Origin: a virus
Taxonomy: Duplodnaviria; Caudoviricetes
Length of the DNA stretch: 64,000 nt
Virus record (IMG/VR): IMGVR_UViG_3300030708_002798
Strand: one strand, 5' to 3'
Both the position numbers and the translations under genes were made by a program. Numbering within the stretch: position 1 is the stretch's first letter; every line of letters starts with the position of its first letter. The notes under the pieces are model-generated. The model saw nothing but the letters and a program-made list of their open reading frames with translations. It ran no database searches and had not been told where the DNA came from. Shown in pieces: positions 31,051 to 39,519 of the stretch.

Positions 31051-32238
31051 TTATACATCATCGTCGTCAGTATGTAAAGGGTCTAAAGGGTAATCAAAGA
31101 CACCTTCTAGGACCTCCTGGACGGGTCTCTGAAGCATTCCGCAATGAACGTCCTTATAGTCATGATAACTAAAACAACCAATTTCTAATAGGTCTTCATC
31201 ACGTCTACACAATGCAGCATAAAATGTCTCTAACATCGAATCTTCTTGATTAGAGAAGCACTGTGTATTCATATAGATCTTTGCTCTCTTCTGTACATTA
31301 TTCCAGAACGGTGTATCATACTTAGAACCATAAGAATAATACCATGCAAGAGATTTTGTATATGATGTAATATTAGAAAGATAATCTTTGTTTGCTTCAT
31401 TATAATCTTTCACATCCCTCTTTGTCTTTAAGAAGTCTGAGATAGATCCTGCAAACTGATGATAATACATCAATGACAATGCTTCTAACGGTTCCATAAA
31501 GAACAGTCGATTACCATTGTATGCTTCAAATCTGTTCTGTAGCAGTTTTTTCGAGAACCTTGGAGTCCATTCGATTTTTTTCCCAGGTATATCTGGATCC
31601 GAGAGATTTCGGTTGTAGAGGTAGCCGTGTTTGGTGAGGTTTCGGTCGGGAAATGGTAAACCAAATTCCCATCCATCGGGAGTAGCGCGGTGCAATGTAT
31701 AAGTCGGATCATCAATGACCTCTGAGGTATACAAAATTGCCGCATTGACCGTCTCAAAGATCGGTTTATAATATTCGGATGAGTCGTCCCATCCCGCACA
31801 GTTGACTACGAAGTCATACTCTTTACCATTGATATGAACTTGCTCTCCGTCAATCTCATAATCATCAACACGTTCTGCATGATATACAACATCACATTCA
31901 TTCTCTAAGTGATTGTGAATAAACGGATTTAATATCCCACTCTCAAAGTGAAAGGCAACTTCACCACCATGAAAGTGATGACGGAAAGAACCTCCACTAC
32001 CCCATCCAATATATTTGATACCATTCTTATAAGAAACAATACCTTTATCTGCTAATTCACCAATTGGTATATCGAGTGATTCAAAGATTAAGGAACCAAT
32101 ATGTGGAGTGGTTGATTCACCTACACTTAAGGGTTGTGTGTCTGGATCATAAAAAAACTCTACGTCATGATCATCCTTGATCAGACGCAGAGCAGTAATA
32201 ATCGCAGATGTTCCTTTGCCTATAATTGCAACTTTCAT
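31051..32238 (-). CDS. Flavin-dependent tryptophan halogenase-like (PrnA family) oxidoreductase
   Basis: N-terminal Rossmann VAIIGKGTSA, VGESTTP, YKNGIKY (catalytic Lys position), GWEFGLP, FMEPLEA. Confidence 0.8.
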   Translation of the reverse strand: MKVAIIGKGTSAIITALRLIKDDHDVEFFYDPDTQPLSVGESTTPHIGSLIFESLDIPIGELADKGIVSYKNGIKYIGWGSGGSFRHHFHGGEVAFHFESGILNPFIHNHLENECDVVYHAERVDDYEIDGEQVHINGKEYDFVVNCAGWDDSSEYYKPIFETVNAAILYTSEVIDDPTYTLHRATPDGWEFGLPFPDRNLTKHGYLYNRNLSDPDIPGKKIEWTPRFSKKLLQNRFEAYNGNRLFFMEPLEALSLMYYHQFAGSISDFLKTKRDVKDYNEANKDYLSNITSYTKSLAWYYSYGSKYDTPFWNNVQKRAKIYMNTQCFSNQEDSMLETFYAALCRRDEDLLEIGCFSYHDYKDVHCGMLQRPVQEVLEGVFDYPLDPLHTDDDDV

Positions 32239-32390
32239 TCTATACGTTGGATAACTTCTAATTGATCTAAGTCAATATCATTCTTTTCTTCATACCTCTC
32301 CAATGCTAACTCATGAAGAATATCTGCTGCTTCTTCATGAGTAACATTAGAGTACATCTTTTTTCCTTGGTAAAAGATGTCGAGATTCAT
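32235..32390 (-). CDS. Hypothetical protein (51 aa), not in ORF track
   Basis: MNLDIFYQGKKMYSNVTHEEAADILHELALERYEEKNDIDLDQLEVIQRIE; start and stop overlap both neighbours. Confidence 0.7.
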   Translation of the reverse strand: MNLDIFYQGKKMYSNVTHEEAADILHELALERYEEKNDIDLDQLEVIQRIE

Positions 32391-33163
32391 CAGATTACCC
32401 GAGTCTTCTCATGTCCTACACGAATACGAGGATCACACCAGATCTCGAATCCTTTCTCTTTTGCATCTAGACAGAAACTTACGTCCTCTCCACACATGTC
32501 TTGTACTGCACCAGACTCAAAGACTTGCATCTTAGGAGCAAACCAGGGATACTCTAGATTCTCAAAGACACCCTTCTTGATTAGTACCCATCCAAAACCA
32601 GTGTAGTCTACAGTGAATGGCTTCTTACGATTGGGTAGAGTCTCAATAGTTTCATGGTTCATTACACCACCGTTACTACGGAAATCATCCTCTTCCAACC
32701 AGTGTGCAACAGAAGAAGTCTTACCATCTTCAGTTAGATACCAACCAGCAACTACTTCCTTCTCAGTACCATCTGCAGCAAGTGCATTGTCACAAAGTTG
32801 CCAGAACTTCTCAGTGTTGAATACAATGTCACTATCAATCCATAGTTGGTAATCATACTCTAGTTTGCCGTCCCAAGGCTTCTGATTGGGACCTCGGAGT
32901 ACATTAGCACCTAGTACCTTACAACGTGCAAAGTTGACCATGGAAGAGTAATCCTGACTGATCTGGATACTCATACCGTTCTGTACTAGATCAAAGCACA
33001 GTTGTACAAAGTTTTTGAGAAACGTAAATGAGCAACCACGTCCAGGTAGACAGAAGACAATCTTCTTGCCTTGCATACGTGCTTTGATTGCTTCAATGTC
33101 AAACTCAGGTCCTGCACTCTTCTTCTTTGGTGCATTTGCCTTAACAGTAAATCCTTTTGCCAT
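32390..33163 (-). CDS. GT-A fold (GT2-like) glycosyltransferase
   Basis: YDYQLWIDSDIVF (DxD), TGFGWVLIKKGVFE..YPWF, GEDVSFC, GH motifs. Confidence 0.75.
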   Translation of the reverse strand: MAKGFTVKANAPKKKSAGPEFDIEAIKARMQGKKIVFCLPGRGCSFTFLKNFVQLCFDLVQNGMSIQISQDYSSMVNFARCKVLGANVLRGPNQKPWDGKLEYDYQLWIDSDIVFNTEKFWQLCDNALAADGTEKEVVAGWYLTEDGKTSSVAHWLEEDDFRSNGGVMNHETIETLPNRKKPFTVDYTGFGWVLIKKGVFENLEYPWFAPKMQVFESGAVQDMCGEDVSFCLDAKEKGFEIWCDPRIRVGHEKTRVI

Positions 33164-33211
33164 AGTTTTGAATAACCTTCAGATCAATTCTATCAGTGTA
33201 TGTGTTGATTG

Positions 33212-33403
33212 TCAATATGATGCTTCTTGCATACTTTGACGATTTAAAGTGACCATCTCATATGAGAGATCATCTTCAGTATAGTCAGTCTGCATTAGTC
33301 CAACCATACCCTTTACAGTATTCCAAGTAACTGAGAAGTCCTCTTCTTTGATATTAGGAAAAAGACACTTATTACCTGCGTAGATATGATATAATTTTTC
33401 CAT
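33212..33403 (-). CDS. Hypothetical protein
   Basis: 63-aa ORF co-oriented with neighbours. Confidence 0.7.
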   Translation of the reverse strand: MEKLYHIYAGNKCLFPNIKEEDFSVTWNTVKGMVGLMQTDYTEDDLSYEMVTLNRQSMQEASY

Positions 33404-33621
33404 ATAGGACCAAATTTTTTCTGCGAAATTTTTTGACGGATTTTTGAACCCATCGACGAATTATATATGCGACTTCCTGAGGTCGGTTTATACCCTCGGA
33501 AATTTTTTTTAAAGTCTTTATAACGACCTCGAATTGTCACCTCTGTAGGTTAGGTTCCCATTGGTTTTTTATAACCCCACCCCATAATATCAACAACTGC
33601 CTAACACGAACGAATAAGAAC

Positions 33622-33653
33622 TGTGCCCACCTACGAATAACTTAGTGGGCACA
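33622..33653 (-). terminator. Stem-loop after gene 33667-33906 (possible terminator)
   Basis: TGTGCCCAC...GTGGGCACA inverted repeat just downstream of the stop codon. Confidence 0.5.
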
Positions 33654-33666
33654 CAGTTTGTGATAC

Positions 33667-33906
33667 TTAGACGATCTGGAAAGTGTTAAGATCGTTGCGA
33701 TTATCACAGGACTCCCAGGTATCATAGAACGAATTCCATGCCTTCTCGTTATCAACAAAGGTGTCAATATCGAGCATCTCACATACCCAATCGTATGCCA
33801 TATCTACGTCTGCATTTGTATCATTAACAAACGCAATCATCTGTCCCATGATGTCATCCCAGGAGGACTGCATTTCAGGAGAGAGGGAGAAGATCGGAGT
33901 TGCCAT
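33667..33906 (-). CDS. Hypothetical early protein
   Basis: Likely start MATPIFSLSPEMQ at 33906, downstream of TATAAT at 33931-33936. Confidence 0.7.
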   Translation of the reverse strand: MATPIFSLSPEMQSSWDDIMGQMIAFVNDTNADVDMAYDWVCEMLDIDTFVDNEKAWNSFYDTWESCDNRNDLNTFQIV

Positions 33907-33998
33907 GAGTGGTGTGCTGTTGACTCTGTAATTATAGGGACCAGGAGACTGATTCAGAGTGCCACGGACTGATCCTGTAACACTCTGAAATAATAACA
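33907..33998 (-). promoter_or_regulatory. Degenerate copy of early palindrome/promoter cassette
   Basis: TGTAACAC..TAATAACA at 33976-33998, TATAAT, GAGTCAACAGCACACC leader. Confidence 0.5.
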
Positions 33999-34340
33999 TC
34001 AAGCACCCACAACCATGCCAGACTTGAAAGGCACAACCTCCCAATCTTTCTGCACGTCATTGTACTGTTTGATGAACCAATCTCCTGCCTTTTGGAATAC
34101 TTTCTCACCCTCGATTGCGTGCTCTTGAAGAATAGCATTGAGACGTGATTTGGTGGTGTTTGTTTGCCATCCACCATCAAAAAGTTCAACACCATTCTCA
34201 TTAACAATTGCAATGAGATTGCCGTGCAGGTACACAGTGCTGCTGTTGTATTCCGCAGAGTAGTGAACAGAAGTGTTTGCAGATTGCCAGGTCTCGTTGT
34301 TGGAGATTGCCTGGTTCATCTGCTGTTCGATCTTACGCAT
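33999..34340 (-). CDS. Hypothetical early protein
   Basis: 113 aa, MRKIEQQMNQAI...VYLHGNLIA...DGGWQTNTTKSRLNA; preceded by cassette. Confidence 0.8.
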   Translation of the reverse strand: MRKIEQQMNQAISNNETWQSANTSVHYSAEYNSSTVYLHGNLIAIVNENGVELFDGGWQTNTTKSRLNAILQEHAIEGEKVFQKAGDWFIKQYNDVQKDWEVVPFKSGMVVGA

Positions 34341-34424
34341 TGGAGGTGTGTTCCTTTGACCCTTATAGAATACACCATTTTGGATGCTGTGCCGTGTGCT
34401 TGTGCCAGTTCTATAAGTGGTTTT
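34341..34424 (-). promoter_or_regulatory. Early palindrome/promoter cassette copy
   Basis: TGTGCCAG-N8-GTGGTTTT at 34401-34424; -10 TATTCT; GTCAAAGGAACACACC leader. Confidence 0.75.
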
Positions 34425-34448
34425 TAATTACACTTTCCTCCTCACAAT

Positions 34449-34616
34449 TCACCATAGTGCATCATACTTTGTGGAGAGATCTTCAACGTATGCTTCACAC
34501 TTTTCATCACCTTGCAGTTCAAATAACTTTTCCCAGTCAATCTGGTGTGGATTAAAGTCATCCATTGCTTCAATCTCTAGAGTGATGCGATACTTGGACT
34601 TCTGTGCGTAAGGCAT
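34449..34616 (-). CDS. Hypothetical protein (55 aa), not in ORF track
   Basis: MPYAQKSKYRITLEIEAMDDFNPHQIDWEKLFELQGDEKCEAYVEDLSTKYDALW; directly downstream of a consensus sigma70 promoter. Confidence 0.75.
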   Translation of the reverse strand: MPYAQKSKYRITLEIEAMDDFNPHQIDWEKLFELQGDEKCEAYVEDLSTKYDALW

Positions 34617-34645
34617 TGTTCTGTCGGTGAATTGCGTGCTCAGTT

Positions 34646-34674
34646 ATTATAATTCATTCTGAGGATTACGTCAA
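34646..34674 (-). promoter_or_regulatory. Sigma70-type early promoter TTGACG-17-TATAAT
   Basis: Near-perfect consensus with a 17-nt spacer. Confidence 0.8.
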
Positions 34675-34769
34675 GAATACCAACTAATGTTTACGATATT
34701 CTTATGTATAACTCTCAGAAAGATTCGGAGTATTTATGTCAGGGTTCTGGGATTTTTCTGATCTGGGTG

Positions 34770-34798
34770 TTGACTTTTTTGAGATCTGTCGGTATACT
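34770..34798 (+). promoter_or_regulatory. Sigma70-type promoter TTGACT-17-TATACT on the plus strand (no sense gene downstream)
   Basis: Near-consensus -35/-10 with a 17-nt spacer, firing opposite to all surrounding genes. Confidence 0.7.
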
Positions 34799-34869
34799 GC
34801 ACGCCAAGATCACAAGAACTGGAGACATTTAAAAGGACAAAAAGATGCTCATAAGTTACTCTGAAGACC

Positions 34870-34972
34870 CTGTGGAGTTACTGTCAAGTTTCTCCACAGA
34901 CTTTTCCACAACCTGTTAGAAAACACTCACATATGTTTTTTAATACATTTTTAATTGATTTTTAATCGAAAA
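34870..34972. other. Candidate replication origin: DnaA-box-like 9-mers plus AT-rich tract
   Basis: TGTGGAGTT (34871), TTCTCCACA (34890), TTTTCCACA (34902), TGTTAGAAAA (34914), followed by a T/A-rich run at 34931-34972. Confidence 0.4.
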
Positions 34973-35132
34973 GTGGTACAATTTCACTGTTTTTGCATCC
35001 ATTCTCTAATACATGACGTTCCCAGAGCATAGCATCACGAATGTCAAAGAATACTGCTTTCTGTTGACTATAATACCCAGACTTATCCCTGGGTTGTTGA
35101 TACACTACACTGAACTTTTTGATCTGGTTCAT
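34962..35132 (-). CDS. Hypothetical protein (56 aa), not in ORF track
   Basis: MNQIKKFSVVYQQPRDKSGYYSQQKAVFFDIRDAMLWERHVLENGCKNSEIVPLFD. Confidence 0.6.
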   Translation of the reverse strand: MNQIKKFSVVYQQPRDKSGYYSQQKAVFFDIRDAMLWERHVLENGCKNSEIVPLFD

Positions 35133-35301
35133 AATTAACGTTGTTCCAATGACGAGTTGCGTTTGCTACGATTGCGATGTTGGTTATCATATAAGAGAGA
35201 AAGATAACAGTCCTAATGATAGCAACCTTATCAGATTCACTATCACTATCAGTTGCTTTCTCTCCTAGTGCTTTACACCATAACCTCCAAACATTTTTCA
35301 T
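35083..35301 (-). CDS. Small membrane protein
   Basis: WRLWCKALGEKA...DKVAIIRTVIFLSYMITNIAIVANATRHW with one hydrophobic helix. Confidence 0.7.
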   Translation of the reverse strand: MKNVWRLWCKALGEKATDSDSESDKVAIIRTVIFLSYMITNIAIVANATRHWNNVNYEPDQKVQCSVSTTQG

Positions 35302-35807
35302 TATGCATACACTATATTCAACACCAATCTTAAATCTTTATCAGTACAATTAGTTCCTGCATGATAATATCGATTAGGAAAAAGTATAGCACGATTTGCT
35401 TTACTTTTGATCCTATGTTTCTTACCATTTTCATCTTTAATTGCTGTGTATCCATCATTGGTGTTAAGATGTAAGATCAACGAATTAAGGTGGGGGCACG
35501 ATTCAACATCAAGATGAAATGGTTTTTCTTTTACACTTTGTCCCTTGAATGTTCCATTAACTTTAATCCTTGCTAATGCTTCCAAATCATCAATCTCATT
35601 CAGAACATTATGGATCTTTGTATAATGAATTGATTCAGGACCAAATGATTGAATATCAAAGAAAGTATGAGATAATTGAGGATACTTATCATCTGAATAC
35701 ACAGACGTTGAATGATACTCCCATTGGAAACTTTGCGATTCAATTAGTTGAACAAAGTCCTCAAAAATGGGAGTTGGTAAGTAGTCATCAATCACTCGTA
35801 CTTTCAT
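35301..35807 (-). CDS. 2OG-Fe(II) oxygenase-like protein
   Basis: FHLD...NTNDGYT...NRAILFP..YYHAG...RLVLN (HxD...H...R). Confidence 0.75.
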   Translation of the reverse strand: MKVRVIDDYLPTPIFEDFVQLIESQSFQWEYHSTSVYSDDKYPQLSHTFFDIQSFGPESIHYTKIHNVLNEIDDLEALARIKVNGTFKGQSVKEKPFHLDVESCPHLNSLILHLNTNDGYTAIKDENGKKHRIKSKANRAILFPNRYYHAGTNCTDKDLRLVLNIVYA

Positions 35808-35977
35808 TTACTATCAGGCAATGTAATCTCGTGGAATGAGTGATTGTAAACGACCATATTTACTTCACGTTGTTGATCCCTTGACAAACCAATCGTGAAA
35901 GTAAGTGCTTGCTCAGAAGTGAACTTTACTGGTCCTTGGTGTCCTTTGTATTCAATGATTGTTCCTGTTGTATACAT
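35804..35977 (-). CDS. Hypothetical protein (57 aa), not in ORF track
   Basis: MYTTGTIIEYKGHQGPVKFTSEQALTFTIG...; stop overlaps the next start (ATGA). Confidence 0.6.
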   Translation of the reverse strand: MYTTGTIIEYKGHQGPVKFTSEQALTFTIGLSRDQQREVNMVVYNHSFHEITLPDSK

Positions 35978-36067
35978 TGAAGATAATGCAATTCAGATTC
36001 GATACTAATTAGACGTTGCGTAATGTTTGGATCCCAGTCAACACAATCACACAATGAATAGAGATGA

Positions 36068-36376
36068 TCAAGTGCTTCCGAATAACGCATTTTCCAATGG
36101 GTTGAGATTTAACTGCATTGAAGTATAGGGTCTGGTTGACATTATATCAACCTCATTTCCTATCTTCTTTGAATTGATTGGTGCGTAATACTTTCGGGTT
36201 TTGGGTTTGTAAAATCCCCAAATTGTCCTAGCACATTGATCACCATCAAGATACACATACCGAGCATGGTGTAATAACCAAATCGAAATAGTGCTAGCAT
36301 TGTGCTTTTGGACCTCGTAGGAATAACCTTCTGGTGGTGAATGAATGAAGTCTGATGGTAGTTCAGTTAAAATCAT
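36068..36376 (-). CDS. Conserved hypothetical cyanophage protein
   Basis: ELPSDFIHSPPEGYSYEV...TIWGFYKPK...APINSKKIG...TRPYTSMQLNLNPLE. Confidence 0.75.
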   Translation of the reverse strand: MILTELPSDFIHSPPEGYSYEVQKHNASTISIWLLHHARYVYLDGDQCARTIWGFYKPKTRKYYAPINSKKIGNEVDIMSTRPYTSMQLNLNPLENALFGST

Positions 36377-36563
36377 TTGCTGATAGATTACCAATCAAAA
36401 GATCATGAATCTCACTGGTTTGTTCATAATGTTCCAATGCACGATCTTTACAATTTTTTGACTCAGATAACAGCATCTCATAGATGTGAATCGGTTCAAC
36501 CTTTCTCTCGATACATGCATTGAACCACTCTCGAAGTTCGTTCCTTAGATCTTCATTCATCAT
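36363..36563 (-). CDS. Hypothetical protein
   Basis: 66-aa ORF tiled with neighbours. Confidence 0.6.
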   Translation of the reverse strand: MMNEDLRNELREWFNACIERKVEPIHIYEMLLSESKNCKDRALEHYEQTSEIHDLLIGNLSANDFN

Positions 36564-36682
36564 AGAAACTCCGCAATGTAATAATCAACAGTACACTCTA
36601 ATCGTTCTGCTTCCTTCTCACATTCATCAAACAGTTGCTCCAGTTCATCCACTTCGAGTTGATACAGTTTTTCAGTCTTCAT
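36560..36682 (-). CDS. Small acidic protein (40 aa), not in ORF track
   Basis: MKTEKLYQLEVDELEQLFDECEKEAERLECTVDYYIAEFL; ATGA overlap with the next gene. Confidence 0.6.
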   Translation of the reverse strand: MKTEKLYQLEVDELEQLFDECEKEAERLECTVDYYIAEFL

Positions 36683-36819
36683 GTCAATTAAAAGTTGAAA
36701 CTAGTTTGTTGAACAATGCTGGAACTCTTACACCGAATTGTTCTTCACAATCCTTCTGTTCCTCTAATGTCATCAACTGTAGTGCAGTCATCAGAACATT
36801 CAACTCATCATCTGTGAGT

Positions 36820-36999
36820 TTAACTTTTGCGAATGATACGGTCGAACTTTTCAATTTGGTAACCCTCTTTGAGTGCTTTGTTGATGATACCTTGGACTGA
36901 TAATCCTGTCAATGGGATGTATCGATGGACGAGAAAATCCTCACAATCTTCTGATAATGCCTCCAGTTGGTGTTCAGTGAGTCGGTCAAGATCAATCAT
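36820..36999 (-). CDS. Hypothetical protein (59 aa), not in ORF track
   Basis: MIDLDRLTEHQLEALSEDCEDFLVHRYIPL...; extended -10 TGGTATAAT at 37021-37029 upstream. Confidence 0.65.
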   Translation of the reverse strand: MIDLDRLTEHQLEALSEDCEDFLVHRYIPLTGLSVQGIINKALKEGYQIEKFDRIIRKS

Positions 37000-37033
37000 A
37001 GATTGTGTGCTACTGTTCTAATTATACCATCAT

Positions 37034-37258
37034 TCAATCACCCTCTTTCAAATCTTGCCATATATCTTCACCATACAGATCAAGAACTTCTTCCTTTAAA
37101 TCTTGCTCATCCCACATTTCCATGTTATGCATGAGAGTTTCAACGGCAAATGTCCACAGATCATCCATATCCATGCCATCTACAATGAGATTGGCATAGT
37201 TATCTTTTGCCTTTTCAAGTTGTTCAGGAGTCATGGATTTGGTCATTTCAATAGTCAT
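37034..37258 (-). CDS. Hypothetical acidic protein
   Basis: Likely start MTIEMTK; NYANLIVDGMDMDDL...EEVLDLYGED. Confidence 0.7.
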   Translation of the reverse strand: MTIEMTKSMTPEQLEKAKDNYANLIVDGMDMDDLWTFAVETLMHNMEMWDEQDLKEEVLDLYGEDIWQDLKEGD

Positions 37259-37378
37259 AATCGGAAGCAAGATAGGTGTCGATGTTGAACTTGTTTTCTG
37301 GATCTTCCTCATCGAGGAATTGATTGATGTCCTCATCTGTGAGATCTAGAATCTCAGCAGGCAGATCAACATAATGAT

Positions 37379-37564
37379 TCAAAATTCAACCTCCCAGTCT
37401 TTGTCGTTGTTGAGTGATACCCAGAAATGATTTTTGCCGTTGATCGATGTCAGAAATACTCGATCACCTTTGTCTTGTTCAATGATACACTCGGGATCAT
37501 TGTCCATCAGGTTAGAAAACCTGTTCTTTGCTTTCTTTGATCGTGGTGTTACAAATGCTGTCAT
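37379..37564 (-). CDS. Hypothetical protein
   Basis: MTAFVTPRSKKAKNRFSNLMD...CIIEQ...FLTSINGKNHFWV...DKDW. Confidence 0.7.
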   Translation of the reverse strand: MTAFVTPRSKKAKNRFSNLMDNDPECIIEQDKGDRVFLTSINGKNHFWVSLNNDKDWEVEF

Positions 37565-37568
37565 GATT

Positions 37569-37796
37569 TTAGTGAGAAACTCCACAATGAATCACATCTT
37601 TGTACCTTTTGAAGATAGGATTTTGGACAATCTCCAGAAGGTGCTTAGCATCATCGACGAGGTAATCATCGGTGTTTGCTTCAATGTACTCCTCCAGAAT
37701 TGCTTGCAGTGTGATACGATCATCCATTCCCAGATTGTACCAATAGGGTTGATAGCAAAGGGAATTGATCTCTTCTTGGGTGAATGATGCAGTCAT
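37569..37796 (-). CDS. Hypothetical protein
   Basis: 75-aa ORF tiled in the operon. Confidence 0.6.
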   Translation of the reverse strand: MTASFTQEEINSLCYQPYWYNLGMDDRITLQAILEEYIEANTDDYLVDDAKHLLEIVQNPIFKRYKDVIHCGVSH

Positions 37797-37798
37797 GA

Positions 37799-38077
37799 TC
37801 AGTTGAAGAAAGTGTTTGCTTTTTTGAACTTTGCAACTTGAACAGGATCAGTTGCATCGACAAGTACAGGTCGCAAAATAACATCGATGCTCTCGATGTT
37901 TGGATTGTGATCCTGCCACACTTTGAGACCACCACCACTCATCTTGAACCTTCTCTCAGAATCAATCCGTGCTTCAATAGTTTTGAACTCTGAAGCAGCA
38001 GATCCATCCTGAAAGTTGAACTTAGTTTCCTTTCGGAATGTGGTGCGGTGTGAACCGTGAATCGGAAGGAGTTGCAT
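37799..38077 (-). CDS. Hypothetical early protein
   Basis: 92-aa ORF starting 60 nt from the cassette palindrome. Confidence 0.7.
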   Translation of the reverse strand: MQLLPIHGSHRTTFRKETKFNFQDGSAASEFKTIEARIDSERRFKMSGGGLKVWQDHNPNIESIDVILRPVLVDATDPVQVAKFKKANTFFN

Positions 38078-38160
38078 GAGGTGTGTTCCTCTCGACTTCT
38101 ATAGAATACACGATCTTGGGTGCTGTGCCATGATCATGTGCCACTCCCTCAACTGTCCAG
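38078..38160 (-). promoter_or_regulatory. Early palindrome/promoter cassette copy
   Basis: TGTGCCAC-N8-CTGTCCAG at 38137-38160; -10 TATTCT; GTCGAGAGGAACACACC leader. Confidence 0.75.
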
Positions 38161-38709
38161 TTTAACCAGTTTGCAATTAAAAGCAATGACAATCTTTCTC
38201 TGGTTTGTATCATTAACTGGACTGCGATGATACTGTTGTGCAGGAAAGACTAATGTGTCTCCTACTTCTACATGAGGCACAAGTGGATTTAATTCCTCAG
38301 TTTGCATCCAAAATTCTGTTGGCACTGATTTATCAGGAACCTCCAAATAAAGGACATTTGCTAGATCTTCACCTGGATGATCGTGCCAGTCATGTTGATC
38401 TCCTGGTTCATAAACTTGATACCAAAGGTTGGTAAGATGCAATGCTGTATTTGGGAATCTCATTGCCACATAGTGAGCATATCCTCCCCAGTAACAATCA
38501 TAGAATAGTTTTACAAATTGGAAGTCACTCTCTTCATCTCTTGCTTCATCATGCCAGTTTGTTTTACTGACATCACAATACTGTCTTCCGTTGGTATCAT
38601 TCAGAACGAACTCTTTCAGAGGAGCAAGTTTTTCGGGTGGTGTATGAAATTGGAAGTAGATATGTAGATAATCTTCTTCCTCCTCACTTAATAGATCAAA
38701 TTCAATCAT
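38149..38709 (-). CDS. 2OG-Fe(II) oxygenase-like protein
   Basis: WYQVYEPGDQHDWHDH...VLYL...GDTLVFPAQQYHRSP...RKIVIAFN. Confidence 0.8.
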   Translation of the reverse strand: MIEFDLLSEEEEDYLHIYFQFHTPPEKLAPLKEFVLNDTNGRQYCDVSKTNWHDEARDEESDFQFVKLFYDCYWGGYAHYVAMRFPNTALHLTNLWYQVYEPGDQHDWHDHPGEDLANVLYLEVPDKSVPTEFWMQTEELNPLVPHVEVGDTLVFPAQQYHRSPVNDTNQRKIVIAFNCKLVKLDS

Positions 38710-38711
38710 TG

Positions 38712-38984
38712 TTAGAGTTTGCCACCAACAATTCCATTATTCACGACTCTGGTGTAATCTTTCAGTGTTCCCTCTTGTTCACACTTAAGATGCCAACGTG
38801 TCATGCTAACAACGTCTTCCTTTTTCAGACCAGTCAACATTTTACGACCTTCTTTGGTCATTGTTGTGTGTAGTCCAAACCTAGTTTCCCAAACATAAAA
38901 TACATCATCAATGAGTTCAGCACCTTCTGGTACATTAACTGTTTTTTCTGCATTTTCATTTGTCGTGTTGGTGTCAGTGGTCAT
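38712..38984 (-). CDS. Conserved hypothetical protein
   Basis: IDDVFYVWETRFGL...MTRWHLKCEQEG...VGGKL. Confidence 0.75.
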   Translation of the reverse strand: MTTDTNTTNENAEKTVNVPEGAELIDDVFYVWETRFGLHTTMTKEGRKMLTGLKKEDVVSMTRWHLKCEQEGTLKDYTRVVNNGIVGGKL

Positions 38985-39013
38985 ACAGGCATCCTCGTAG
39001 TGTTGTTTCTAAT

Positions 39014-39241
39014 TTATGTTGCATTTAGAGCATAACGATAGTCGATGGAGTTAATACACCATCCTGTCGCACATGTAATCTCCTCAATCAAATCATCTTC
39101 ATCATCTGCTTCCCAGGTTGTTGACATCGTTTCGTCAACTATTTCACGTTTGTAATCATCAGTGAGGAAATCATCCATTGTATCCCCATCACCAATGTCA
39201 TCAGTGAAATCAAACTCAATATCAGTGACTTGAAATTGCAT
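39014..39241 (-). CDS. Hypothetical acidic protein
   Basis: FQVTDIEFDF...WEADDEDDLIEEITCATGWCINSIDY. Confidence 0.75.
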   Translation of the reverse strand: MQFQVTDIEFDFTDDIGDGDTMDDFLTDDYKREIVDETMSTTWEADDEDDLIEEITCATGWCINSIDYRYALNAT

Positions 39242-39519
39242 CAGACTAACTCCTGCTGTTGTTGCATAAGTTGCTCTTCAGTTACTTCATCCACACACTC
39301 TTGAATGACTTGATAGATGTAATCAACATTGCCAACATCATTGAAGATTCTTTCACTCAATTCACGATCCATGTGTGCAGGATATTGTGGTTCACCATCA
39401 TTATCGTAGATGACACAATCTTCAGCAGTGTAAATCCATGCACCACAGTATGCATCTTCACCCTGTTGTTCAATCAGTCGATTGACACGTTCTTGGAGTT
39501 GTTTGAGAGTGTAGTTCAT
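39241..39519 (-). CDS. Hypothetical protein
   Basis: 92 aa, overlapping start/stop with neighbours. Confidence 0.7.
   Translation of the reverse strand: MNYTLKQLQERVNRLIEQQGEDAYCGAWIYTAEDCVIYDNDGEPQYPAHMDRELSERIFNDVGNVDYIYQVIQECVDEVTEEQLMQQQQELV

Noticed and set aside
33313-33540. 75-aa minus-strand ORF across the structured spacer
   Set aside because: Overlaps the 33212-33403 gene out of frame; its Lys/Phe content reflects the A/T tracts; no SD seen.
33404-34961. tRNA genes in the non-coding gaps
   Set aside because: No cloverleaf with a T-loop GTTCRA and acceptor stem could be identified by eye.
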